Numbered from the stretch's first letter, positions 51,311-60,725 are shown. The stretch: 64,000 bases of DNA from Candidatus Margulisiibacteriota bacterium (GCA_018823125.1 JAHJIW010000005.1:67562-131561), one strand, 5' to 3'. Notes: generated from the sequence alone by a model not told the origin. Numbers and translations are program-made.

Positions 51311-52498
51311 TCATTTATTTTCAAATAACGGTTTTAGATCAAGCTCCGTCCATCCTGGATTGCCAAGCGCTTTGATCCACATCTTGAGCTCTGCCGGTAC
51401 AACCACTAACTGCTGAATTGCCAGGTTAGGCCGGGTGGCGCCACCCAGAGTGATCGGAGTATCGAGTACTTGCCTCATCACTTGCGCATTGAATTTGCCC
51501 TTATATTTTTCCCCCAGGGCTATCAAATTCTTATAGCGGGTGTAAGAGCGCGTTTCGCCGCCTTCGGTCGGCTCCATATTCCAGGCCGGATTCACAAAAT
51601 GATTGGTCTCGACCAGTAAGCCATCTTTGTCCGGCATTCTTTTCTTGGTATCATCAATCGAACATTCATAGGCGAAGGCGGTATTTTTATCTGCAACGGT
51701 AAAGATCTCAGCCAAACCGAGGCGGATCGAGTTGAGCGCCGCGTCCAGCTGCGTTATGTTCGAAGAATCAAATAAAAAGCTGGTGATGTAAAGTAGCGTC
51801 ATTTGCCGGTTGTCTACCGACGCGGTCCCGCACGATGCGGCCCCGTCGTTAAGCTCCATGAATAATCCATCTTTATTTAATCCGTGCATGGCTGTCACGC
51901 CGCCGGGATAGCCCACGACCGCGGTCGGCACTGCGTCTTCCGGCTGGTAAACGATCACGCTGAGATAGGGGTTAAATTTTTCATAGTATTCCGGATAATC
52001 AAAATTCCGGCCGAAAACCAGCGGCCCGCCGCCGGTATATTCTCCCCAGGCAACGATGGCTGAACAATGGACTGCAGTCTCGGAAATGATGGGCAGGACA
52101 TTGATCTGGTCGAGCGCCAATAATTTATCAAGCTCCAGGCCGGAAGTCTCGGCCATGCCGTAAATAATGTCCTGAAAACGTTTGGGATATACGGCAAAGA
52201 TCCCTCTGGTGGTATCATTAATATCTTCAAGCTTCAATCCTACTTCTTTGACGTAAGTTTCTTCAATTGCAACTTTATACATCTGTGCTAACTGTTCCTT
52301 AAGCAATTTTCCTTCCTGCCGTCCCATCTCCCGGTAAGTGCCGCGCAGCACGACCACGTTGAGATTGCCCGCTTTATATAATTTGCCGCCCTCGTACTCT
52401 GAAACCAATTTTAGCTCGACCGCCAAAGCCGGCAGTGAAATGGAAAACGAAAAGAAAAGGATCAAGATGAACAAAAGGGTAGCTTTTTTTAATAACAT
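51311..52498 (-). CDS. Peptidase C45-type Ntn-hydrolase paralog, secreted
   Basis: Signal peptide; HCSAIVAWGEY...GRNFDY motif aligning with the other two paralogs. Confidence 0.7.
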   Translation of the reverse strand: MLLKKATLLFILILFFSFSISLPALAVELKLVSEYEGGKLYKAGNLNVVVLRGTYREMGRQEGKLLKEQLAQMYKVAIEETYVKEVGLKLEDINDTTRGIFAVYPKRFQDIIYGMAETSGLELDKLLALDQINVLPIISETAVHCSAIVAWGEYTGGGPLVFGRNFDYPEYYEKFNPYLSVIVYQPEDAVPTAVVGYPGGVTAMHGLNKDGLFMELNDGAASCGTASVDNRQMTLLYITSFLFDSSNITQLDAALNSIRLGLAEIFTVADKNTAFAYECSIDDTKKRMPDKDGLLVETNHFVNPAWNMEPTEGGETRSYTRYKNLIALGEKYKGKFNAQVMRQVLDTPITLGGATRPNLAIQQLVVVPAELKMWIKALGNPGWTELDLKPLFENK

Positions 52499-52532
52499 TT
52501 GAAGTCTCCTTTTGGTGAATTATAACACTTTT

Positions 52533-53723
52533 TTATTCAAATAGCGGCTTCAGATCGATTTCGGTCCAGCCCTGATAATTGGTCAGATTTATCCACCACT
52601 TCAGTTCCGCGGGAACGGCTATCACCTGGTATAAGGTCTCTTCATCAGCGCTTATAGGCCGTGTCGCGCCGCCCTTGTCAATGGGCGTCTTCAACAGCTC
52701 TTTCATAGTATCGACATTAAGCCGGCCTTTGTACTTTTCTCCGAGGGCGTAGAGGTTTTCACGCCTCTGTGCGCTCTCTGCTAATGGACACGGCCATCGG
52801 CCCCAGGCCGGATCAACAAAATCGTTTGATGCCGCCAGCAGCCCGTCCGCTCGGCCGGCTACCCGCTGTAATCCGTAGGTGGCCCATTCATATGAATAAG
52901 CCGCATTCTTATCAGCTACCTGGATGATACAGGCGAAATCCGGCAGCGTGGTATTGAATCCGGTGTTGATGCCGTCCATGGTGGAGTTGTCAAGCAGGAA
53001 GAACAATAAATTGGCCATGTTCGGGACCCGGTCGTGCCGGGTGATGATCGCGGTCGTAATATCATCATCGAGTTCGAGGAATATCCCGCTTTTGTTCATG
53101 GCGTTCTGGGTGTAGGCTGCGCCCAGAAACGCAAAACTGGCAGTCGGGATTCCGCCGTCATCCGGATTATAAACAACGCATTCCATAAAAGGCAGGAACT
53201 CCTCAAAATAAGACATATAATCATAATTGCGGCCTACGACCAGCGGACGGCCGCCTGTATATTCGCCCCAGGCCGCGATCGCGGAACAACCCTGAGTATT
53301 CGTCGCTAACATACCGTACACGCCCCAGATCTCGGCGCAGGCATCAAGCGTGTTTAGCAGGATATGTTTTTCCAGAGAGATGCCGGACGTTTCCGCCATC
53401 CCGTATATCAGGTCCTGCGATCTCTTCGGCAGTCTCCTGAAATAGTCGCTGGCGATCTTATCAAGCGTTTCATAAGTCATGCCGTTCTTGCCGATGAAGC
53501 GTTCTTCAAAAGCTTTCTTATAGCACGGTTCCCAATCGTTTTTGAGAAGAGCGCCGTACTGCCGGCCCATCTGGCGGTAGCTCCCGTGAAGCTTAAGGAC
53601 GTTTATCTTCCCGGCCTTATACAGCTTTCCCCCTTCAAATTCAGAAACATATTTCAGCTCCTGAGCGTGAACCATCGAAACCAAAAAACACAAAGCCAGT
53701 ACGATTCCAAATAACTTTTTCAT
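52533..53723 (-). CDS. Peptidase C45-type Ntn-hydrolase paralog, secreted
   Basis: Signal peptide; GCSAIAAWGEY...GRNYDY motif; shares the SEFEGGKLYKAG N-terminal block with the 51311..52498 paralog. Confidence 0.7.
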   Translation of the reverse strand: MKKLFGIVLALCFLVSMVHAQELKYVSEFEGGKLYKAGKINVLKLHGSYRQMGRQYGALLKNDWEPCYKKAFEERFIGKNGMTYETLDKIASDYFRRLPKRSQDLIYGMAETSGISLEKHILLNTLDACAEIWGVYGMLATNTQGCSAIAAWGEYTGGRPLVVGRNYDYMSYFEEFLPFMECVVYNPDDGGIPTASFAFLGAAYTQNAMNKSGIFLELDDDITTAIITRHDRVPNMANLLFFLLDNSTMDGINTGFNTTLPDFACIIQVADKNAAYSYEWATYGLQRVAGRADGLLAASNDFVDPAWGRWPCPLAESAQRRENLYALGEKYKGRLNVDTMKELLKTPIDKGGATRPISADEETLYQVIAVPAELKWWINLTNYQGWTEIDLKPLFE

Positions 53724-53979
53724 TGTACCTTTTTACCTCGCCGTATATTTTATCGCACCTGGCGGCTGAAGTAAATGCTGCTGCATTGACACAAAAACCA
53801 TCCCGCGCTGCAAAACCAACCGGATTTGGGGGCAGGATTGCGGCTCGAATTATGAGCATAGCCCATAGTCCCATATACAAGAGCGTGGCGGCCGCACTAA
53901 AGCTTCAACCCGAAGATGATTTTCTTGAAAAGTGAAATTTATCCTTGCTTTTCTCGATAAAAAACCAAAGGACCCTTAA

Positions 53980-54657
53980 ATGGCAGTAAAACCAATAACC
54001 AGAAAACTATCGCAGGCGATACCTAAGGCACGTCCAATTTTAAAAAAATTGGGAAGAGCCAGTTTAAGTTCACTCCCTATACTTGGAACCTTTGCTACAG
54101 GAATTGCGGCCTATCATATTCACCCCGTATTTCAAGCCGAAGTTGATCGTGGCCGTGAATTTCTTTTAGCGCACAATCCGCATACCATCGAAGTGTTAGC
54201 TTCTGCAACTTTACTGGCAACTTCTGACATCATTGCCCAACGCTACGAAGGAAATAGTTTTAGTTATTCGAGGCTAGGGCGCATGTTTGTTTTTGGAGGG
54301 TTATCTGGTTTTTTTGCGCGACAGTTTTATGATTTACTTGATCAAATGTATCCTCCGGAGAATGGCCGACAAATTGTTAAAAGAGTGCTAATTGATCAAG
54401 GTAATTATGCTCCGCTTTTTTTGGCATCCTTTCATACCTTTAATCATGTCTTACAAGGAAAACCAATCACCGAATTAGCCGGCAGCATAAGAAAATTTGT
54501 TTTTAAATTTATACCTTTAAGCTGGAGCTTTTGGACCCCCGGTGCAACCTTAATTTATTGCTTGCCTGATGATTTGAAAGTATATACTTCAGCCATCCTT
54601 GGTTTAGTGTGGGGAATAGTATTATCCAGAATCGGGCATGACCTGCCGCGGGAATAA
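53980..54657 (+). CDS. Membrane protein resembling the Mpv17/PMP22 family
   Basis: 225 aa; segments TSDIIAQ, LIDQGNYAPLF and a C-terminal W-rich helix resemble Mpv17/PMP22 signatures (by recollection). Confidence 0.45.
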   Translation: MAVKPITRKLSQAIPKARPILKKLGRASLSSLPILGTFATGIAAYHIHPVFQAEVDRGREFLLAHNPHTIEVLASATLLATSDIIAQRYEGNSFSYSRLGRMFVFGGLSGFFARQFYDLLDQMYPPENGRQIVKRVLIDQGNYAPLFLASFHTFNHVLQGKPITELAGSIRKFVFKFIPLSWSFWTPGATLIYCLPDDLKVYTSAILGLVWGIVLSRIGHDLPRE

Positions 54658-54678
54658 CCGTATGCTATAATTCTCTCT

Positions 54679-55731
54679 GTGAAAAAGTTAATCGTACTGG
54701 CTCTCTGTTTAGTTTATCTTGCCCCAATTGCTCAAGCCGGCTCGATTGGCGGGATGCCTTACGTTATATACAACTCAACCTACGGTGCAGAATACGGCCT
54801 GATTGGCCGGCTGAGAAATTACCTGGGATATCACGAATCGCTGACCCTGTCGGCTACCTTGATTGAGAACGGAGGCAACATCAATAATTTTGTGCTTTCT
54901 TTTCCGGATCAGGATTACCGGCACGGTCAAGTTTTTGACCTGGCGGTTGACGTTGAAGGGGCCGTCGGCACCTACATTAACGAAAGATATTACGGATTGG
55001 GAAGCAATACTCCGGGAACCAATTACACGACCTTTAACAATGGGCACAGCCGCGTCAATATTATCCTGACGCGCGCCTACCAAAGCAATTTTTCTCTGGC
55101 GGTCGGTCTGCTGCTGGCGGGTAATTCCTTTTCCAATATTACGCAAGGGGTTAATCCCTTGACGCAAAATGCCCAGGACATCTGCTCAAAATATTACGCG
55201 GGAAGCTTGGGGCTAACCCTGGATAATCGGGATAACAGCATGGATCCGCACGGCGGCAATTATATTTTAACTGATTTTGATTACGGGATTACGGCCGCCG
55301 GGAGTCCGGTGAAATATGCAAAGCTGACGACCGATTTGCGGCGTTACGACACGCCGTTCCAAAAAGACCAGGTCCTGGCCAGCCGGGTGATGCTGGCCAC
55401 GATGACGGGAGATGTCATTCCGATATACGAATATGCTTCGCTAGGCGGGCGTGATACTTTACGGGGCTACGCCATGGACCGCTTCCGCGATAAAAGCGCC
55501 GCCCTGATCAATCTCGAATACCGTTTTCCGATTATCTGGGTTTTTAGCGCTGCGGTTTTTTACGAAGCCGGAAAAGTTGCTCCGCTGCTGACGGATATTG
55601 GATTTAATGATTGGGCCTCTGACTACGGGGCCGGACTGCGCATCAATTTTGGCAATGTAATCGTGCGTGGAGACTTTGGTCGCAGCAGTGAAGGAACCAA
55701 CGCCTACTTTTTCTACAATCAGGCGTTTTGA
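54679..55731 (+). CDS. Omp85 (BamA/TamA) family outer-membrane beta-barrel protein, barrel only
   Basis: Signal peptide ending IAQA; C-terminal barrel pattern with LGGRDTLRGY and terminal residues ...NQAF. GTG start. Confidence 0.6.
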   Translation: MKKLIVLALCLVYLAPIAQAGSIGGMPYVIYNSTYGAEYGLIGRLRNYLGYHESLTLSATLIENGGNINNFVLSFPDQDYRHGQVFDLAVDVEGAVGTYINERYYGLGSNTPGTNYTTFNNGHSRVNIILTRAYQSNFSLAVGLLLAGNSFSNITQGVNPLTQNAQDICSKYYAGSLGLTLDNRDNSMDPHGGNYILTDFDYGITAAGSPVKYAKLTTDLRRYDTPFQKDQVLASRVMLATMTGDVIPIYEYASLGGRDTLRGYAMDRFRDKSAALINLEYRFPIIWVFSAAVFYEAGKVAPLLTDIGFNDWASDYGAGLRINFGNVIVRGDFGRSSEGTNAYFFYNQAF

Positions 55732-56918
55732 TCGTCCCGCCGGATAACTAACGGCCCTTTGGTTGCTTTCATGATGTGGGACACCGGCAGATTATTTTGC
55801 CACAACTGAACCATGCCCCGCATGTATTTATTGATGTGACTGAAATATTTTTTATAGCCGGCGCAGAGGTAATTTAATCCCGGCTCATCCGATGGAGTTT
55901 TTAGGAAGCGCCGTTTGGGACATTCTCCGCGGCAGGCAAAAAGGTAAGTGCATTTTTTACAGTACTGCGGTAATTTGTCCGCTTTAGCCGCGCCAAAGTT
56001 TTTCTGTTTTGGCAGTTCAACCAGATCCTTAAGCTGATCTTTTAGGACATTGCCCAGCAGATATTCCGGATAAACAAAGTGGTCGCAGGAATAAACATCG
56101 CCGTTATGTTCGATCACCAGCGACCGGCCGCACTCAGGCGCAAAGAGGCAAAGCGGGGCAGGGTTGCCGGCCCAGTTATTTAAAGCCCATTCAAAGTTCA
56201 TGACGAAAATTTTGCCGACGTCGTGTCTGACCCATTGATCAAAGATTGCAATCAGGAAATCACCATATTTCTCCGGTTCAACTGACCAGGGTGTAATCAT
56301 GCCGTTTGGATCGCGCTCAACCACGGCGGTAAATTGAACAAACTCAACCCCTTCGCTTTTCAAGAACGCATAGACTTCCAAAGGTTTGTAAGCGGTTTCT
56401 TTGGCAACGCAGGCCAGCACGTTAAATTCGACACCGTGTTTTTTAAGCAGGCGCAATCCTTTGATAACTGCATCAAAGGTTCCGCGGCCCGAGCGATCTT
56501 TGCGGTAAATATCATGAATCTCTTTGGTCCCGTCCAGACTGATGCCGACAAAAAAATTATTCTTGCTTAGAAATTCTGCCCATGCATCATTGAGCAGTAC
56601 GCCGTTGGTTTGCAGTGAGTTTTTGATCTTGTTGCCTTGCTGGTATTTCTTTTGCAGTTTAAGGACCTGGCGGTAAAAAGCCAGGTCCGCAAGCAGGGGT
56701 TCTCCGCCGTGCCAGACAAATTCTACTTCTGCCTGCGGCTGGGATTCGAGGTACTGGCGGATAAAAGCTTCCAGCACCTCGCCGGTCATGCGGAAATTTT
56801 TGCCACTGGGGAAAAGTTTTTCTTTTTCCAGGTAAAAGCAGTAATCGCAGTTTAAATTGCAGGCCGGACCAACCGGCTTTGTAATCACATGAAAACTGGC
56901 AGGTAACTGATTAGCCAT
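55719..56918 (-). CDS. Anaerobic sulfatase-maturating enzyme (radical SAM/SPASM)
   Basis: CNLNCDYC radical SAM motif near the N-terminus and C-terminal Cys clusters (CKKCTYLFACRGECP). Confidence 0.85.
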   Translation of the reverse strand: MANQLPASFHVITKPVGPACNLNCDYCFYLEKEKLFPSGKNFRMTGEVLEAFIRQYLESQPQAEVEFVWHGGEPLLADLAFYRQVLKLQKKYQQGNKIKNSLQTNGVLLNDAWAEFLSKNNFFVGISLDGTKEIHDIYRKDRSGRGTFDAVIKGLRLLKKHGVEFNVLACVAKETAYKPLEVYAFLKSEGVEFVQFTAVVERDPNGMITPWSVEPEKYGDFLIAIFDQWVRHDVGKIFVMNFEWALNNWAGNPAPLCLFAPECGRSLVIEHNGDVYSCDHFVYPEYLLGNVLKDQLKDLVELPKQKNFGAAKADKLPQYCKKCTYLFACRGECPKRRFLKTPSDEPGLNYLCAGYKKYFSHINKYMRGMVQLWQNNLPVSHIMKATKGPLVIRRDDQNA

Positions 56919-56919
56919 T

Positions 56920-58557
56920 TTATGGAACTTGCAGTCCGACCTTTTTAGGCGGATATTTTTTAAAAGAGAGCAGGTGGCGCTGGCCCTCCAGGTTCATGGG
57001 TACGATAGTCCACTCGTACTGTCCGCCTTGACCCGGATAACGTTCTTTGGGATCACGATACAGGCTGTAGGTCCAGGGATAAAGGGTATCGAGCACCAGG
57101 GTGTTCTGCCAGCCGCCGTTGCTGGAATAAGACATATTATCGACCGCGTTAATTTTTAAATGCGACTTAAATTCGCGCCAGCGCAGGGCCATAAAATCAT
57201 ATTGGTTCCAGACAAAGATTGATTGGCGATTGGATTCACCGTTGTCTGAAAGTAAAAATGATGTTTGGTTAATGCCGTCATAGTAGCGGTCTTTGGGCAG
57301 CTTCTGCCAGCTGACCCCGCCGATGGCCAGCGAAGTGTTGAAGAGGTCCATCAAATCGAACAGGCCGTCGGAATCCCGGCCGCCCTTAATCATGCCCGGC
57401 CAGTATGCAATACCGGGGATACGAATGCCGCCTTCCCAGGTATGTCCTTTGGCTCCGCGGAAGGGGGTTACGCCGCAATCATAATATGCGCTTTCTTCCG
57501 GACCATTGTCTGAAGTGACAAAAACAAAAGTATTTTCTGCCTGTCCGGTTTCCTCAAGTACTTTGATCAGCTTTCCGATGATGTCATCTACTTCAACCAC
57601 CGCATCCTTGTAAGGAGTTCCTGCCGGGCTTTTACCCTGATAGCCCTCGGCCGGCCAGTTGTCAAAATGTACTTTGGCGGTAGCGTGAATCAGGTAAAAA
57701 GGCTGATTTTTTTCTGCCTGTTTGTGAATAAATTGTTCGGAAAATTTCAGGAAATCCTGGTCGCAATTAGCAATGCCTTCGATATCCAGCAGTTTAACGT
57801 CTTCCTTGAAGCCGCCTTTTTTCGCGTGAATAATATGGTTATCAAAACCTTTGTGAAGATAGGTTTCCCTCAACAGCGGGTGGTTAACCAGTTCGGGATA
57901 GCGCCGCACATCCCAAGGTGGAGTGTATTCGGCGGTTACAACCAGAAAGCCGTAAAACTCATCATAACCGTTATCCTGCGGCTCTAACCCTTTGCCTTCA
58001 CCGAGATGCCATTTTCCTGATAAAGCGGTAGTGTATCCTGCCTTGCCTAATATCTTGGCGGCAGTCTGTTCATCGGACCAAGGGTTGCGGGTTAGTTTTT
58101 CTCCTGCCATGATCGGACGGATCAGGCCGGTGCGCGCCGGCAAACGTCCGGTCATAAGAGAAGCGCGCGTAGGCGTTGACATCGGTTGAGAATAACAGGA
58201 TGTTAGCCGTAAACCTTGCTCAGCCAGACGGTCCATGTTTGGAGTAGGTGCGCCCACCGCATTTCCACCACCGTAGCAACCCGGATCCCCCCAACCCATA
58301 TCGTCCACTACAATAATTAAAATATTGGGTTTTCTTCCCAAACGTTTTTCTAAAGCATTTAGTTTGGCGGCCGCTTCCTCCTGCTGTTTAGGATGCGGAA
58401 TGACCGGTTCCATGTTAGAGGTGAAAGGAACCGCGGGTAAAAATGGATTAGGTTGCATGTCAGCTGCCTTAACCCCTGATCCGGTCAGGCTGGTTACTGC
58501 GGTTGCGATTCCGGCGATCGCTGCGATTGCTGCATGTTTTTTGTTCATAAATGCCAC
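56920..58557 (-). CDS. Sulfatase (arylsulfatase family), Ser-type active site
   Basis: Signal peptide; IIVVDDMGWGD metal-binding region; signature S-T-P-T-R-ASLMTGR, i.e. Ser rather than Cys at the formylglycine position. Confidence 0.85.
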   Translation of the reverse strand: MAFMNKKHAAIAAIAGIATAVTSLTGSGVKAADMQPNPFLPAVPFTSNMEPVIPHPKQQEEAAAKLNALEKRLGRKPNILIIVVDDMGWGDPGCYGGGNAVGAPTPNMDRLAEQGLRLTSCYSQPMSTPTRASLMTGRLPARTGLIRPIMAGEKLTRNPWSDEQTAAKILGKAGYTTALSGKWHLGEGKGLEPQDNGYDEFYGFLVVTAEYTPPWDVRRYPELVNHPLLRETYLHKGFDNHIIHAKKGGFKEDVKLLDIEGIANCDQDFLKFSEQFIHKQAEKNQPFYLIHATAKVHFDNWPAEGYQGKSPAGTPYKDAVVEVDDIIGKLIKVLEETGQAENTFVFVTSDNGPEESAYYDCGVTPFRGAKGHTWEGGIRIPGIAYWPGMIKGGRDSDGLFDLMDLFNTSLAIGGVSWQKLPKDRYYDGINQTSFLLSDNGESNRQSIFVWNQYDFMALRWREFKSHLKINAVDNMSYSSNGGWQNTLVLDTLYPWTYSLYRDPKERYPGQGGQYEWTIVPMNLEGQRHLLSFKKYPPKKVGLQVP

Positions 58558-58620
58558 CTTCTTTATTAATTATTCAAATTCTACTCCATCCCCACAAAAA
58601 ATCAATTACTCTTTCCTTCA

Positions 58621-58649
58621 TTGACATCAAAATAGGGTAGTGGGAGAAT
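58621..58649 (+). promoter_or_regulatory. Sigma-70-like promoter (TTGACA-N17-GAGAAT), copy 1 of a conserved ~40-bp block
   Basis: Block CTTTCCTTCATTGACATCAAAATAGGGTAGTGGGAGAATA at 58611-58650; RBS AAGGAGG and ATG 21 nt after the -10. Confidence 0.5.
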
Positions 58650-58670
58650 ATCCTTACAAGGAGGTGACAA

Positions 58671-58874
58671 ATGAAAATTGTTATTAAGATTTCGATGTGG
58701 ATACTGGTTATTGGTGGATTGGCCTGGGGTCTGGAAGGTTTAACTGAGATAAATATTTTTGACGTGGTCATTTTATCCGTTGCGCCTCACATTGTTGAGA
58801 ACGCAGTTGAGGTTATCATCGGTTTGGCTGCTTTGATAGGAGCCTATGCTCTGATCGTAAAGAAAGAAGCATAA
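58671..58874 (+). CDS. DUF378-like small membrane protein
   Basis: 67 aa; GGLAWGLEGL motif resembles the DUF378 GGLNWGL signature; strong RBS AAGGAGG. Confidence 0.65.
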   Translation: MKIVIKISMWILVIGGLAWGLEGLTEINIFDVVILSVAPHIVENAVEVIIGLAALIGAYALIVKKEA

Positions 58875-58876
58875 TC

Positions 58877-58920
58877 TTCCAGGGCTGCGAGGAGCAAAAC
58901 TCTTCCCAGCCCTGATTTCT
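58877..58920 (+). terminator. Rho-independent terminator
   Basis: Imperfect GC-rich inverted repeat CCAGGGCTGCGAGGAG...CTCTTCCCAGCCCTG followed by ATTTCTTT. Confidence 0.5.
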
Positions 58921-58936
58921 TTAAGGAGGGTTTTAT

Positions 58937-60073
58937 ATGTTAAAGAAATGTTTAGGTGCGGTTTTGATCCTGGTTCTCTTCCTCTCGGTTTCTGCTTCCG
59001 CGCTGGTTTTTAAGACCGGTGATTCGATCACGATTCCCAAAGGCGAAGTTATCAATGACAACCTTTTTGTATCCGGCAATATGGTTACGATCAACGGGAC
59101 AGTAAGAGGAAACCTTTTGGCCTTTGGAAGCACCGTAGTGATTAATGGCAATATTTCCGGAAGCGTCATTTCCGGTGGTCAGGATGTTAGCATTTCCAGC
59201 CGGTTAAATAACTTATTAGTTGGTGGTAGAACGGTTAGCATTTCCGGCCAGTCAAACAACGTAATCGTCGGCGGAGAAACGGTCAACATCAGCGGATCCG
59301 TGAGTAAGGACCTGATTGCGGGTGGCAAACAGATTATTCTGCAAAAAAGTTCTAAGATTGGCGGGGACGCATTTCTGGGTGCCAGAGACACTAATGTTGC
59401 TGGAAAAATTGGCCGCAATTTAAATATTGGCAGTAATAATATAATTATTGATTCAGCCGCATCGGTAAGGGGGAATTTCACTTATACTGCCCAGAAGCCG
59501 GTCATTTCAGATCAGGCCAAGATAGCTGGAACGGTTACCATAATGGCTCAACCTAAGCCGGTTGAAAAATCTCCCCAGCTCATGTCAGGCTGGTTCTCAT
59601 TCCAAAAGGTTATCGGATTTCTGATGATCTTGTTATTAGGTATATTGATCATTATCTTTATGCCGCATCAAGTTGAATTAGTAACCGATAAAATGAGAAA
59701 ACATTGCTGGAGAAGTTTCGGTTGGGGAATTTTGGCATTGATTGTTCTGCCGATAATTGCGGTTCTGCTGATGATCACCTTAGTTGGAATTCCATTAGGA
59801 ACCATTCTCTTATTCGCTTACCTGGTTGGTGCCTACATAGCATCGATCTTTGTAAGTATTGTTATCGGGAAATGGATCTTGGATAAGGTTGGCAAGTCCA
59901 ATATTTCTTTGATCTGGTCACTTTTACTTGGTTTGATCATACTTAATATTGTGGGCCTAATCCCGATTATCGGAGGCTTGGTCATTTTCGTATTATTCCT
60001 GTGGGCCTTTGGTGCGTTGGTAGCGACTCGTCCTACTACTTATGTTGAGGCTCGCGACGCTAAAATTCTCTAA
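58937..60073 (+). CDS. Bactofilin-like beta-helical repeat domain fused to a C-terminal polytopic membrane domain
   Basis: Signal peptide; repeated G-x-V/I-x-I-x-G units over about 180 aa; C-terminal about 150 aa with four hydrophobic helices. Confidence 0.55.
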   Translation: MLKKCLGAVLILVLFLSVSASALVFKTGDSITIPKGEVINDNLFVSGNMVTINGTVRGNLLAFGSTVVINGNISGSVISGGQDVSISSRLNNLLVGGRTVSISGQSNNVIVGGETVNISGSVSKDLIAGGKQIILQKSSKIGGDAFLGARDTNVAGKIGRNLNIGSNNIIIDSAASVRGNFTYTAQKPVISDQAKIAGTVTIMAQPKPVEKSPQLMSGWFSFQKVIGFLMILLLGILIIIFMPHQVELVTDKMRKHCWRSFGWGILALIVLPIIAVLLMITLVGIPLGTILLFAYLVGAYIASIFVSIVIGKWILDKVGKSNISLIWSLLLGLIILNIVGLIPIIGGLVIFVLFLWAFGALVATRPTTYVEARDAKIL

Positions 60074-60077
60074 AAAG

Positions 60078-60725
60078 CTAATTGAGGTTAACTTTTAGAA
60101 ATAAATCGCCGCGTTTATGACAGAGGGGACATTCATTTCCCCAACCCCTTAAACGCAGTTTGGTTCCGTCGGTGGTTCCTTTAGGAACTTTAACCGTTAA
60201 AGTTTTTCCTTCGGCCATTCTAAGATCAACTTTACCGCCTTGTGCGGCTAGGCTGCGGGGAATTTTAGCGTTGATCATTACATCGGTAGAGACGGCATCG
60301 GGTTTAACATTGACCCGGTAGCCACCTTGAGTGCCCCCGGCAGCTCCCCCAAAAAATTGTGAAAAAGCATCATCGTACATATCGTAATCCATGGTGCTGT
60401 GACACTTGTGTTGTCTACCTCGGCGATGAGTAAATCCAAGATGGGAGAGGAGATCTTCAAAATCAAAACCTTGGGCTGGATCAACTCCACCTCTAGCTCC
60501 CGCGGCAGCGCCCATCTTGCGCTGGTCATCATATTCTTTTCTTCTTTGAGGATTACCTACAACGTAATATGCTTCAGAGATCTTTTTAAATTTTTCTTCC
60601 GCGGCAGACTTGTCACTCTGATGCATATCGGGATGATATTTTTTGGCGAGCGTGCGATAAACGCTTTTTATTTCATCCTGGGTGGCGCTTTCTGATACTC
60701 CTAATACTTTATAGTAATCTTGCAT
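60078..60725 (-). CDS. J-domain (DnaJ-like) protein
   Basis: N-terminal J domain with HPD motif (YYKVLGV...KYHPDMH); Gly-rich linker; C-terminal domain with CPLCH. Confidence 0.7.
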   Translation of the reverse strand: MQDYYKVLGVSESATQDEIKSVYRTLAKKYHPDMHQSDKSAAEEKFKKISEAYYVVGNPQRRKEYDDQRKMGAAAGARGGVDPAQGFDFEDLLSHLGFTHRRGRQHKCHSTMDYDMYDDAFSQFFGGAAGGTQGGYRVNVKPDAVSTDVMINAKIPRSLAAQGGKVDLRMAEGKTLTVKVPKGTTDGTKLRLRGWGNECPLCHKRGDLFLKVNLN

